A DNA stretch of 64,000 nucleotides from Octopus bimaculoides (Eukaryota). The notes beneath the pieces are model-generated. The model was given only the letters and a program-made list of their open reading frames with translations. It did no database searches and was not told the DNA's origin. This document shows, one piece after another, positions 22,690-35,735 of this stretch (its first letter is position 1; each line of letters begins with the position of its first letter). Where the stretch lies: positions 6,746,609 through 6,810,608 of the forward strand of contig NC_068985.1 of assembly GCF_001194135.2 (NCBI RefSeq), given 5' to 3'. A program made the position numbers and the translations under genes.

Positions 22690-24170
22690 TTTTTCAACAG
22701 TTAAGCGACATCTCTGTATTTCGTTCACCCATTGCAGAATTTTTACATGTATTACAAACTGGATCTTGTTTGTTAGATAAATCTAAAGATAACGTGTATG
22801 TTGAATGGGCAGACCACCTTCCGGGTAGAAACGTTGCAGCAATCCCAGAAGTAACAGTAGCTAAAGTATTGGATCTTTTTTAAAACGGGTGCCACATTTT
22901 TCATTAATGTTTTACGTAGTGTTTTTGGTACCGAAAGACTTTCAAACTTCGTATACTTATCTATTTTGTGTTATAGAACAGAAAAATATTTTTGTATTCG
23001 AATTTATTTCATGTAAAAAATTGTCTTATTTCGATAATTTCAACCAATCACTGACGTCCATTCAGCCGATATACATTAAGTGCCGACTACATAAACAAAC
23101 GATTCTTCGTTTTATTTGCTTTTTTCATTTTAAATTTGCTTTAACCCTAACCCTAACTCTAACCCTAACCCTAACCCTAGGGTTAGGGTTAGGGTTAATT
23201 GTTTCAGAATCGTTTGTTTATGTAGTCGGCACTTAATGTATATCGGCTGAATGGACGTCAGTGATTGGTTGAAATTACAGAAATACGACAACTTTAACAT
23301 GGAATAATTTATGGATTTCTTTTTTTTTAAGAAGACTAAGAGAAAAAGATGTTTTATATGACAAATTCTACCAGTGTTCCAAGTTTCGAAGTGTTTCGTT
23401 AATGAAAAATGTGGCCCCCGTTTTAGAAAAGATCCAAAGTATTTTATTTTCCTGACGAACTTCAGCCAGGAGGAGTTTAATTACAAAATCCTTCCCAGTA
23501 CCTTCTGGAGCATCTAAGAAATAAAGTTCTCCCGTGTTATTGTTATTAATATCTATGGCAGTGGAATATGCACAACGTTGATCAGGTAGAAGCTTGGGAA
23601 GATTATCATTTTTGTATATAGCCGGTTCATCTTTATCATAGAAAATTTCTCTCATTATTTAAGTGGTCAGAGTGTTAATATCGTCTCTATTAGCTAGTGG
23701 AAGACCTAAATTTTGTATAGGTTCACCTCCATAGAAAAAAAAAAATTATCTTCTATTTCAATCAAAGACGCATTGTATATAGCATCAGTGAAAGCAATAT
23801 CTTGCTCAGGATTATTGAACTGAAGTTGGTGGTTGAAATCTTTAGCAAGATCAATTCTGAACATATTCCACAGTTGAACGGGATTACGTACTTCACAATT
23901 TTTGAGAATAATAGCAAAAACACATCTTGAAGTCTTAGGTGATTTTGGTATTGAAGCTTCTTCCCATTGCTGATCATTTGCAAACAAACCTAAATTGAAT
24001 TGCGCTTCTCGGTATATTCTGCAAATGTCACCATCAACTTACTTAAAACTTTCCTATGAAGTTGCTCCTCTTTTTACATGAAGAAGCATTCTGAGATGAA
24101 AGCATTCATTTTGGTGAGGATGTACAGTATATATTCTACCAATTGCTGTTCCAAACTTAATACCAGAGTG
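22690..24170 (-). pseudogene. Helitron RepHel remnant (linker plus Pif1-family helicase motifs), split by a MITE
   Basis: Minus-strand pieces in order: IGRIYTVHPHQNECFHLRMLLHV; GATS*ESFK*VDG...LGLFANDQQW; CVFAIILKNCEVRNPVQLWNMF; LYFLDAPEGTGKDFVIKLLLAEVRQENKI (Walker A); and after the MITE, LATVTSGIAATFLPGRWSAHS...VCN. These match Helitron Pif1 consensus segments; stops and frameshifts are present. Confidence 0.92.
22871..23435. mobile_element. 565-bp foldback MITE with 8-bp TSD and telomeric-repeat core
   Basis: 37-bp TIRs GGATCTTTT(T/C)TAAAACGGG(T/G)GCCACATTTTTCATTAA match at 35/37. TSD AAAGTATT at 22863-22870 and 23436-23443. Perfect inner 71-bp inverted repeat 23035-23105/23207-23277. (TAACCC)n-TA-(GGGTTA)n at 23142-23197. 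Confidence 0.92.
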
Positions 24171-24829
24171 ACCTTGCGTCTCTTTTGCGTCTGTGCTATT
24201 TATTATTACTCCATGTGTAATAAGAAAGAAAGAGAGAGAGTGAGTGAGAGAGAGAAAGGGACAAAGGAAGAGAGAGAGAGAAAGAAAGTGAGGAAAAAAA
24301 ACCTAGTATGTTTCGGAAGCAAGCTTCTCAGCACACAACTACGCCTGTGTCTATATTTATATTATTGTGTGGTAAAACTTGATTTCAAACCATATTTAAC
24401 ATGACCGAATAGATTGTACGTGATTTAGAAGAGCACAATCATATGGAAACATGTTTGTCTGATTTGTTTCGAAAGATAACTTCTTAAATATGTTGTGTTA
24501 CTTCCCACGTCGCCGACGTATACATAAAATGAAGTCAAATCACTTCCTAACATCTTACATAAAGGAGGCTAAAATAAAGAACGAAGTCAAACATACAGAA
24601 CAGTCCGTAGTGGAAGGCCTCTGAAAAGATATAAACCCAATCGCTGTTGCTTTGAGATTAAATGAGTCGTTCCACCTTCCAAGCGTGACAGAGGCATTCA
24701 AAGATATGATGGGCATTTCTATTCTTCCTCGGGAAACGCAATAAAATCATACCTGTTGGGATTTGTGAGAATAATCCAGCGACATTCTAGAGCGTATGAG
24801 TTGCGTGAAATTTAATCGGCACCGTTCGT

Positions 24830-25075
24830 CAGGCCTAGAAAAGCAAACCGTCAAGGTATCGATCGCTCTCTGACAGGTTTATGATTGCGCCTGTAGCAGT
24901 TGAAACCTCCGGCATTCTGGCTCCTGGCCTATATCCCTGTTCACCGCTGTCGAGGCGGAGGTTGCTGTCTGCAAGTGAGAACGCCGTGAGTCAGAATGGC
25001 TGTTCCAGCGCTTCCCCGTCGCTATTCTCCGGAGTAACGCATTTTCCATTTTGTCTGTTAGTACTGTGAGAAATA
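24830..25075 (+). pseudogene. C-terminal remnant of an RLE-type non-LTR retrotransposon (CRE-like)
   Basis: KSKPSRYRSLSDRFMIAPVAVETSGILAPG, then after a frameshift RESEWLFQRFPVAILRSNAFSIL. This resembles the KY..L...F.P.A.ET.G..G / L.QR.S.A.QRGNA tail of CRE-clade RLE elements. Confidence 0.7.
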
Positions 25076-26025
25076 ATTCTATATGAGAGGACAGATTCTC
25101 CGTCAACCGATCATGCGCACTATAAGCTAAACAGTTTGTCTGTTCAGAACCTTGTAACTTGCTATTTGCCCATGACACAGTGATCTACTGATTCTTGTTC
25201 TACTCTTTAAGAAAACCCTTATTACACATGAAGTAGATTTTTGTAGCCAAAACTGATAAAATATATCTCATATCGATAATTATGTTACTATGAGTCCAGT
25301 ATCAATTTCTATGTGAAGACTTGTTTCACGAATCTCTGCGATTGCAGTACAAGGTTGGAGTATGATTATTATATTGCTATCGTAATCCTAAGTATATTAT
25401 ATGATACGTGAGTGTATGAGTCGGTATGGGTGTATGTGTGATAATAATCACTTACAAAAAACGGATAACTAATATTATTATGTGATTTTTCTGTTTCATG
25501 TTTATTTTTTCTAACAAAATATGTTACTCTGATAAGAAATGTTTAACAAACCTACAGTTTCTCATTTCAAAATCAATATGTTTAAAAGTCTTGTTGCATA
25601 ACACGTGACAATAAACTAAAAAAAAACAGACGCTTATAGGTATATAAATATACACAGTGTAATTCATAAACTAATAAACAGGCTTGCTGTTTCGAATTAA
25701 AATATTAAAATGAGATCTAATAAAAAAACAACATTGGTATTAAAATTGATATTTTTTTTCAATTCATATCACGTATGATATTTCGACAGCTACATGGTAA
25801 TGCCATTAAGATGATTAAAATAATGTAATCAAAATAACATTTCTTTCGCGAAGAAAGTATTTCATGATTTACTTTTGCCTACAAAAGTAAATTATACACG
25901 ATAATTGATAAATTGCAATAAAATAAATACACCCAAAATACATAGTTACATTCACGCACATATGATTTCAAAAATACACACACACTTACGCACGCACGCA
26001 AACATACATATTCATGCATGTGTGA

Positions 26026-26059
<34 letters not shown>

Positions 26060-26117
26060 NNNNNNNNNNNNNNNNNNNNNNNNNNNNNNNNNNNNNNNNN
26101 NNNNNNNNNNNNNNNNN

Positions 26118-26161
<44 letters not shown>

Positions 26162-26454
26162 AGTGAGGGAAAGAGTGTGTGGATTTTCATGTATAATTAG
26201 ATGTACGACTGCTACTATTGAGCATAGAGCTCCACGTAGATTAATATCATCCAGACTGTTTCATGTATTATGGTTTATCTAGCATTATACATTAAAGCGT
26301 TTCTGGGTTTAATATACGGAGCAAATGTTGAAATTAGTTTAGATACACGATTATATAGTTTGTTTCTACGTACATTGACCTTTGTAAGACGAAGCAGCCG
26401 CAATCTTGTCGATGTACGCACCAAAACTGTTGCTACTACACACATTGACTTTTA

Positions 26455-27340
26455 TTGGGTCAGCCCATAAATAATGCGGCCTTTTTCAATTACATAAACT
26501 AAAAGTCTGAGGCGGACGGGATAAAATATCTCCATCAATTTGCTATAAATGCAGATAGTAATTTTATCTTGTCGTTATTCTTAGTGCAATATTTGATGAG
26601 TGCAGTTCGATTTTAAAAGCGATATTTTCAAAGCTATATTGGAAATAACAAGGTATCGGATTCCAGATATTTGGTTTTATGAGTTCAATAAAGGCAACAA
26701 CGCAACGGAAAGTGCGAGGAATATTAATTCGGTATATGGTAATCAGACAATAAGCGTAAGCTAGTGTCAACGGTGGTTCCAGAAATTTCGAGCCAGAAAC
26801 CACAGCCTAGAAGACGAGCCTCGTCCTACAAGATACTAGAGCTCGACGAGGATGTTCTGCCAACTCTGGTGAAACAAAATCCTACCATCGTAACTGTTGT
26901 GGAACTATCAGAGAAGCTTGGATTTGGTCATTCAAACATTCATAGACACATGCGTGACATCGGAAAATGACCAACTTTAGTTTCAAGACGAAAGGTGTGC
27001 TTCCATCAGAATAATGTTCGGCCACATACAGCGAAAATGACATTCCAAAGGCTGGAGAATTGCAACATCTGATTATCAATTATTTCACAGTCTTCAAAAT
27101 CATTTGGACGGAAAATATATGAATTCTGTAGACGAGGTGAGAACAGTACTGGAGGAGTATTTTTTGTCACAGACAAGTTGGTTTTGGAACAAGGGGCTTG
27201 CAAATCTACCAGATAGATCGAAGGGCATTGTAGAAAATGAAGGAGAGCATATTTTAGATCAAACAAGAACTTTGTTTATCTTAATTTTGGTAAATAAAAT
27301 AAGTGTAAAAAAAACCCGTATTATTTATGGAATGGCCCAA
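26455..27340 (+). mobile_element. Internally deleted mariner transposon with both TIRs
   Basis: TA|TTGGGTCAGCCCATAAATAATGCGG ... CCCGTATTATTTATGGAATGGCCCAA|TA. Coding remnants: FYEFNKGNNATESARNINSVYG..CQRWFQKFRA; ELSEKLGFGHSNIHRH; HQNNVRPHTAKMT; GKYMNSVDEVRTVLEEYF...GLANLPDRSKGIVENEGEHILD. The central catalytic region is deleted. Confidence 0.92.
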
Positions 27341-30300
27341 TACAATGATGTTAGATTTGATCATGTTAGGATTACATACGACTACATGCATTAATAATTA
27401 AGTTTGAGATAACGTAATCTAAATCAGCCAGCTCGACCGTTTTTAGGGCCTTTGGCCTTCAAATATTTATAGAAACATTGCTAACTAGATTTTTTTCTCT
27501 TAACGTTACAGACGACTTCACGGGATGCTGATACAATCATTCCAAAAACAAAACTATATTTCTTTTCAATGAACTTAGGATACTGCAGTTCCTTGTCCAT
27601 GTTATGAATATCATCAATGACATGAGTCAAAAAGTTTCTAATCAATATATACAGCAATGTATTTTTAAACGAGAGGAGATTAAAGGCGAAGATCAAATAT
27701 TCACTTCATAAAACATCACGAGTTACATGTATTTTCTTTCACACTGCCTAAGGTCTAGGATTGCAAAAATATTTCGAACTCTTGTCAACAAGTATTTTTC
27801 CTGCTAAACGCACGAACATAAAAACTTTGAACCGATTTAACTTGAAAACATAAACACGAAAAGTCAATTCTATCTTTAATACGTAATGCAAGAGGAAGAA
27901 TATCACAATGAAATTACTCTGAGCATCAACACGGTAGTATTATTTTTTGACACTAATTACATGAAAGGAAAACTGAAGCTGCGTTAAAATTTCATCCCGG
28001 AATACAGGGAAACATAACCAGATAATAAAAGACAATGATTGCGCAAATCATTCACGTCTTTTAAGCCTATGCGTTCGGTCAGTATCGGATTTGTACGTTG
28101 ACAAATGGACGCCAAACCTTTTACGAACGTAACAGGCATCATGGATGAAAACTGAAGTACGAAATTAAGTTGTCATTGATGTACACTGAAATGATTTTGT
28201 CAAGTAAACATACTGTATTTTAAAAGATTCAGGTATAAGATCATTGACCTAAAACATTGTGTGTTTTCATTCCTTTAAGTTCCATAATTAGAGCATACTT
28301 TGAGAGGATCGGTAATATGAATACAGTGTACCAGTTGTGCTAGACCATAGATTCGAAAATGGAAGTATCGCTCACTTGCTAGGTTGACTAAATTCATTAT
28401 AGGCCAGTCTGCAAAAACAAATGAGATATAGAACTCGTTATGAGCAGTGTCAAAAATAATTTTAGTTGTATTACAACAAACAACAGTAGCAGCAGCTAAA
28501 ATTATTCTAATAACATTCTAAACGTACAAGGTGGAGTAGAAACCGCTGCATTCAGAGGTGTAATATTGCAGTGATATTAGTAAATTTATTTTATTTAGAT
28601 TTTATGGTGGTGCGCAGAAAATATATTAATTATAATTTGATCAAAAGTTTACCTACCAAGTTTTATTTCATGTGTTATTGCTTCAAGGTTTAGTAACTAT
28701 GTTTGAATTCTACTTCTTTTATTGCCTTCAGAGATAGCTTTCGTTCAATATACATGCATATAAATACATACATANNNNNNNNNNNNNNNNNNNNNNNNNN
28801 NNNNNNNNNNNNNNNNNNNNNNNNNNNNNNNNNNNNNNNNNNNNNNNNNNNNNNNNNNNNNNNNNNNNNNNNNNNNNNNNNNNNNNNNNNNNNNNNNNNN
28901 NNNNNNNNNNNNNNNNNNNNNNNNNNNNNNNNNNNNNNNNNNNNNNNNNNNNNNNNNNNNNNNNNNNNNNNNNNNNNNNNNNNNNNNNNNNNNNNNNNNN
29001 NNNNNNNNNNNNNNNNNNNNNNNNNNNNNNNNNNNNNNNNNNNNNNNNNNNNNNNNNNNNNNNNNNNNNNNNNNNNNNNNNNNNNNNNNNNNNNNNNNNN
29101 NNNNNNNNNNNNNNNNNNNNNNNNNNNNNNNNNNNNNNNNNNNNNNNNNNNNNNNNNNNNNNNNNNNNNNNNNNNNNNNNNNNNNNNNNNNNNNNNNNNN
29201 NNNNNNNNNNNNNNNNNNNNNNNNNNNNNNNNNNNNNNNNNNNNNNNNNNNNNNNNNNNNNNNNNNNNNNNNNNNNNNNNNNNNNNNNNNNNNNNNNNNN
29301 NNNNNNNNNNNNNNNNNNNNNNNNNNNNNNNNNNNNNNNNNNNNNNNNNNNNNNNNNNNNNNNNNNNNNNNNNNNNNNNNNNNNNNNNNNNNNNNNNNNN
29401 NNNNNNNNNNNNNNNNNNNNNNNNNNNNNNNNNNNNNNNNNNNNNNNNNNNNNNNNNNNNNNNNNNNNNNNNNNNNNNNNNNNNNNNNNNNNNNNNNNNN
29501 NNNNNNNNNNNNNNNNNNNNNNNNNNNNNNNNNNNNNNNNNNNNNNNNNNNNNNATGTATATATATATATAGAGAGAGATATATATATATATATATATAT
29601 GCATGTGTGTTTGTTTATTATTGCTATGGAGTTTTATTATTTTCGCTGCAGCGCTTTCTAGAACTCTGAAAGTTTCTGAGAAGTAAAAAGAGGAATTAAC
29701 ATAATGAAAAAAGACATGAAGAACATCGAAGAGACCATTATGTGGCTAATAATTTGCAGTATTGTGGTAATACGCCAAAATTTCTTTACATTTTGGAATC
29801 GTTTCAGGAAGAAGCAAATATAATGTAGAACAGCCAAAAAATGAAAACAATAGACAAAAAGGAGTTTAATAATTCAGAGAATTATAAGTTGCTCACCTTT
29901 TTTTTTTCTCTGCAAATATTTCTCCTCAGAACACAATGTAATTGCAACTATATTTATCCAGATATTTTCCTTCCTTTATTGTTTGTATTTTTGTAGAGAT
30001 AACTGGGAGACGAGGAGGGAGCTATTTTTATACATGTTTCATATTACATTTTGCAAAGAATAGTTAATAGTTGGTGTGACATTACACTACTTGAATGCAA
30101 TGAGATTTATTGGCATTTTTACTTGATTATGACATTCTGCGATATTTTGCGTCAGTAAATGCTTGTATGTGTGATGCTGTAATTGGGATTGACATTTAAC
30201 AAAGTTAACATGAAGGAGAAAAATGGTTAATATGTGAAACAAAGTGAAAAAAATAAAAGCGAAAGAACGGAGCCGGCAAAAACGACAATCAAATATATAA

Positions 30301-30371
30301 TTCACAAGGAAATCCGAAGATTACCGAAAACAAAGCTAAGTAACTACCACGACTACAACAACAAAAACAAT

Positions 30372-30389
30372 AGTAATAATAATAATGAT

Positions 30390-30435
<46 letters not shown>
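30372..30435. repeat. (AAT)n microsatellite
   Basis: Direct inspection. Confidence 0.9.
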
Positions 30436-30740
30436 TAAAGTAGGAACAATAACAATCATAAAGCTATTATTACTTAGCATTAGACTTAAGTATTCCTATT
30501 AAGAGAACACGAGACGTTATAAGACTATGGCACAAAGAAAAAATCTAAAGGAGATATATAGCATAACTGACGTTCTCTCGAGACAATTACACTAATTATA
30601 AATCATCCTATTGTGAAGTGAAAACTTTGAGTGAATCCTACGTAATTTATAAATAGAAGTAGAAGGAACGAGATTATACATGTCTATATCTACATACTAC
30701 ATGTGCGCGCATATATGCATACATATATATGTAAATGCAT

Positions 30741-30778
<38 letters not shown>

Positions 30779-30887
30779 GTAAATGTAGAACGTTGGAATG
30801 AGTGCTCAACACTGCATTGGTGGATAAATAATTTATTTGTGAATTAATTCACAAATGAAGTAAAAATATATGTGTGTATCTGTGTAT

Positions 30888-30968
<81 letters not shown>

Positions 30969-31413
30969 TTGATACCTAGCGGAGGGAGACAGAGAGAAAG
31001 ACAGGTGGTGACAGAGAAAAAGNNNNNNNNNNNNNNNNNNNNNNNNNNNNNNNNNNNNNNNNNNNNNNNNNNNNNNNNNNNNNNNNNNNNNNNNNNNNNN
31101 NNNNNNNNNNNNNNNNNNNNNNNNNNNNNNNNNNNNNNNNNNNNNNNNNNNNNNNNNNNNNNNNNNNNNNNNNNNNNNNNNNNNNNNNNNNNNNNNNNNN
31201 NNNNNNNNNNNNNNNNNNNNNNNNNNNNNNNNNNNNNNNATAAAATGAAGGTGATGCAAACATGACATGCATCAGCCGGTAGACATTTCATTATGTCTAT
31301 TTAATCCAAAAGAAAAGAGAGTATTATAAGAATATGTACACATGCAAAGACTGTGTGCTACACAAATACATACTAGTAATAATAATAGTAGTAATACATA
31401 AAAGAGTAAACGA

Positions 31414-32020
31414 TTAAAGGTTCAGATCCTTACGGTAGTTTCCGTCAAGGGTCCACGATATCCTCCATGCAGGCTTCTGATGTTTCTGATTTGCATTCTG
31501 TTCATGGAGAACCCACTTATCCAACTTTTTCATTTTATCCTTTTGAATTAAGTAAGTCATTATTGTCTGCTTGCTAGCACCAAACAACAACGCTAATTCA
31601 CGGGCACTTTGAGATGTATCTGACTGGACGGAGGGTTTCAGTTCGTCATTAACCACCTTTGTGTCTGTTCGACCGCGTTGCTCATTTCTGAGGTCAGTTG
31701 CCAGAACGAAACTTTACAAACCAACTTGTTACTGTCTCATGTGTAATAACATTACAATGAAATACTCCATTAATATTCCGAGCTGTCTGTGATGTTGTAT
31801 TTCCAAGAAAGAACAGATATTTCAAAACTGTGCGAATTTCCGACATACCTATTTCTAAACAAGAATAGCATAAAACGATTTATAAATAATTTATAAAGCG
31901 CAAAATGTGTTGGAATAAAGAAATAGATGTATCGGCTTTCTAACAAACGATAAAGATTGTCAAAATATAATAATGGCGCAAAATGAGCAGCTGTCAAAGT
32001 TTACCATATACCTTGACGAC
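31414..32020 (-). mobile_element. Mariner transposon 5' fragment (second family)
   Basis: MSEIRTVLKYLFFLG...TARNINGVF...TVTSWFVKFRSGN*DLRNEQRGR...SARELALLFGASKQTI...KKLDKWVLHE (WVPHEL-like); truncated before the catalytic domain. Confidence 0.85.
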
Positions 32021-34330
32021 CTTATATTTCAAATTTATGAAAATCAGTGTAAACTGTGAAACCGGTTAAATCTTGAAATATAATAATAAAACAAATATTT
32101 TAATTATATATATGTACACACACACATATATATACACGTATATATTATATTTCTATACATATACACATACATACTCTCACACACACGCACTCACACACAT
32201 ATATGGATATGCATACGCAGGTATTGATACATATACAGTACACATTTATGTGTTAATATTTTAATCCGAAGATTTTATCAATTACGACCAGTAGCGTGCA
32301 TATATTTCAATATAATATACAAAACTTATTTGGATCTCTTAGCCACACATTCGTAGCAAAATTTCGTCTTCCGCGTAGACTTAAATGACCAGTTTTTCGA
32401 TATGTGCCTCATCAGCCAGATGTAGCTTGAACGTTGAGCCTAGACAAAACTGGCGTCGAAGATTCACATGCACGAATGAGATGATTTTCTTTAGGATAAT
32501 AGAGGGTTAAAGAGATTATCTCCAATGAAATACATAGCAGTGCCCAGCATGTTTGGCATCTGAACCTTCCTAGACGTTTTGAGAATAAAATTGTGGATAA
32601 TCGTTCCTGAACTCATAGGACAGGTTGAATATAAAGATATTTTGTCAGTTGGCAGATTTAAACACCGATTATCAAACAATTTGTTCACGGAAAGCATGGA
32701 AAATGTCCGAGGCTTTTTCTAGGGTCAATATTCTGGATGCATCCAATTGATAACATACAACAGTTTGAACATCGGTGTCACGATAACGTGCGCCAATGAG
32801 ACACCTGTGTTGAACATAATGTCGTCTTAGAAAGAAGTTATTTTTCTATGATATACAATACAGTGACCCACAGAGTTTGCGTCGAAAGCTGTTTGGACGT
32901 CTTAAGAATAAATATGGGTATAATCGAGAAAAGAAATGATCACAGAGAAAAATTCAGAAGCAAAACTAGAAAAAGAAATTGTTTTTTGCACGCGTGTCCT
33001 AGATGCTTCGTTGAATTGTAACGGACATGTTGCACTGGCATACATGGATTTTGGTGGAATAGAAAAGAGGTTTCCACAAGCGGGAGTGTGGCGCCTGACA
33101 GAGTGAGAGGGTACGCCGCCTTATTTATCTATCACAATGTACGGCTAAATCCGCAGATTAGTATAGAGACAATGTTTACTTGGAATGCAATATTTGCAAT
33201 CAATATTCGCATGTCAATAAGATCTTTACACATGATTTAAGCGATTTCCTGATAATTAAAAGGAAGAGAAAAGAAGTTTATCATAGCTATATTGAAGGCT
33301 ACTCAATAACTATGAAGCGAAGATTTATGAAAGTATATAACAGCTTAGCTTGTGGTGGAACACAAATAGTGGCAGCAGTCCAGCTAGAGAGGAGAGAAAG
33401 CGTTCAGAAACGAATTACTAACTAAACGATATATACAAATGGTGATTTAATTCACGTACACACACCCAGCGCATATGTGTGTACGTATGTATGTATGTAT
33501 ATACGTCTTCATATTTTTACACATTTGCTCACACTTTTGTGCAACTAAGTGCGAGCAGACTTAGTTAAAGTACGATCGGTGCCACTATTTAAGTACAAAA
33601 TGGTATTTCTCTTCAGACATGCAATGTTAATAGTGTATGTTACTCTAATGCGCCGTCGCATGACTTTATGTCGAACACATGCCCTACTTTATAATCTCGT
33701 TTGTTTATATATTGAAAACAGTCTATTGTTACTGCAGTAAGTTTCCACCTACTCCTTTGTTTTTCCTCATTTATTTACATACGTTCACTAGTATAAAACA
33801 TCCCGCCATTCTATTTAATATTATATTTAATTTTTAGACATTTATTTCTAATGTGCGGATTCTCTAGTATTCAATAAATATATAATGGCGTTATTATATT
33901 GTGTTTTAGATCATTCGGAAGATTGTAAAGAAGAAAATATTTTTTTGTATTTTTATCTAAGCTCAGATCGCACCGTAAAAGAAATTATTTTCTATACAAC
34001 ACGATAAAATTAAAACGGAATAAAATATATAAATGACTTTATAGAATTTTTAAAAACTTCAAATAAATGTTGACAAACTTATTATTCTTTTATATAACTA
34101 TTAATACCGTATAATGTGCTGTTATATAAAACATTTTTTTTTTGTGCTGTTATATAAAACATTAGCATTATATATAATTTTATTGAAGACAAGTAACACC
34201 TATTTTTAACTCCTCACTTCTTTTTCTTTACTCAAACATATGTATGCACAAGCATAGAGAAAGATAAAGATATGAATGCACATACACATTTCTTGCCTTG
34301 ATACGTATATATTCATAAATCAGTGTATGC

Positions 34331-34364
<34 letters not shown>

Positions 34365-34847
34365 GTATACAAACATATATGTATGCGTGTGTGCATTCAA
34401 GCATACGTACACATCAATAAATAAGTAGACTATGTATGTACTTGAGTCAATACATTTGTCCGTAAGTATTTATTGTATGACTTACAACTTACTTCATCAG
34501 AAAATAAAAATATTAGAATTTATCACGATATCCTTAAGGACAGAACTACAGAATCAAATGTTTTCAAATATTTGTTATATTATAAGCATTTAAATGTCTT
34601 CATTACAAGAAAATATATTGAAAACCATAATAAAACAAAAATTAGCTGCAATATTTTGGACCAAATCCTTACTCTATGTCTCTTCCGTTATCTATGTACA
34701 AACACATTCAGTTTTTGATCGAAGACATCCGCTTTTTCCTACTTTTCGTTCAATAATCAATGTATACAACTCAAAACCTTCTCACTGAATATTCCGATAC
34801 ACATTCTAGGTAACAATGAAGTCAAAACTTTTGCCCGGCTTCATATG

Positions 34848-35600
34848 CAGGGCGCGACGGGTAAATTGTCGCCATTTATGTTTTGAATTTCCTGCACAGT
34901 ATAGTAGAGTCAGTTGGGCACCTTCCGTGAGAAAAACAGCCTCATAAAGCAATTCACTCAGCCAGATATTTGGAAACGACATGCAGTACTACTTGGTATT
35001 ATCGCCGAAAGCCGATCTTACGAACAGATGGTGAACACACTGCGCAGCAGTTGCCTTTCCGTGACACAAATCAAACATTAAGTCGACATCATGGTGTGTG
35101 GAGTGATCTCGAGTGAAGGCAACGTTTTGCCTCCATTCAGCTTTCCACACGGCTTCACATTCAACATGGATGGCTACAGCAAGTGCCTGGAAGAGGTAGC
35201 GCCGCTCTGGGTCGAGAGAGTCGCTGCTGAAAGACACTATATGTCTGGCAACAGGACTCTGCACTATGCTACACAAGCAGGATAACCCCGTCATGGTTGT
35301 AAGGCAATTTTTGCGACCACATCACCCCTAACATATGGCTACCTAACTCCCCAGACTGCAATCCCCTCGATTAATATGTGAGACCAACAAAACTACTTGT
35401 AACATCAAAGATAAACTGAAAGCAAGGATTATGGCAACATTCACCAATTTAAACAAGGAAACCGGCGCATGGAGCAAAGCCGCAGGAAATTCCGATGTCG
35501 TCTACTGGGCGTGATTGAAGTCAATGACGATTTTATTGAATAAATTTACTCCTTAGTATTAGAAGATATTTTTGTGTAATTTTGGTAATTATTTCTCTCA
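34848..35600 (+). mobile_element. Internally deleted maT-type (DD37D) transposon
   Basis: Left end CAGGGCGCGACGGGTAAATTGTCGCC. Coding remnants MVCGVISSEGNVLPP and VWQQDSALCYTSRITPSWL*GNFCDHITPNIWLPNSPDCNPLD; the D codons at 35255 and 35369 are separated by 37 residues. Confidence 0.85.
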
Positions 35601-35614
35601 AAATGAGACCTCAC

Positions 35615-35659
<45 letters not shown>

Positions 35660-35735
35660 NNNNNNNNNNNNNNNNNNNNNNNNNNNNNNNNNNNNNNNNN
35701 NNNNNNNNNNNNNNNNNNNNNNNNNNNNNNNNNNN

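Noticed and set aside
23142-23197. Ancient telomere-telomere chromosome fusion site
   Set aside because: The orientation is CCCTAA then TTAGGG, whereas fusions give TTAGGG then CCCTAA. It also lies inside a TIR/TSD-bounded element.
32490-32900. RFRCQTCWALLCI, a possible piggyBac Cys-rich tail
   Set aside because: A single short motif with no TTAA-bounded ends or catalytic motifs recognised.
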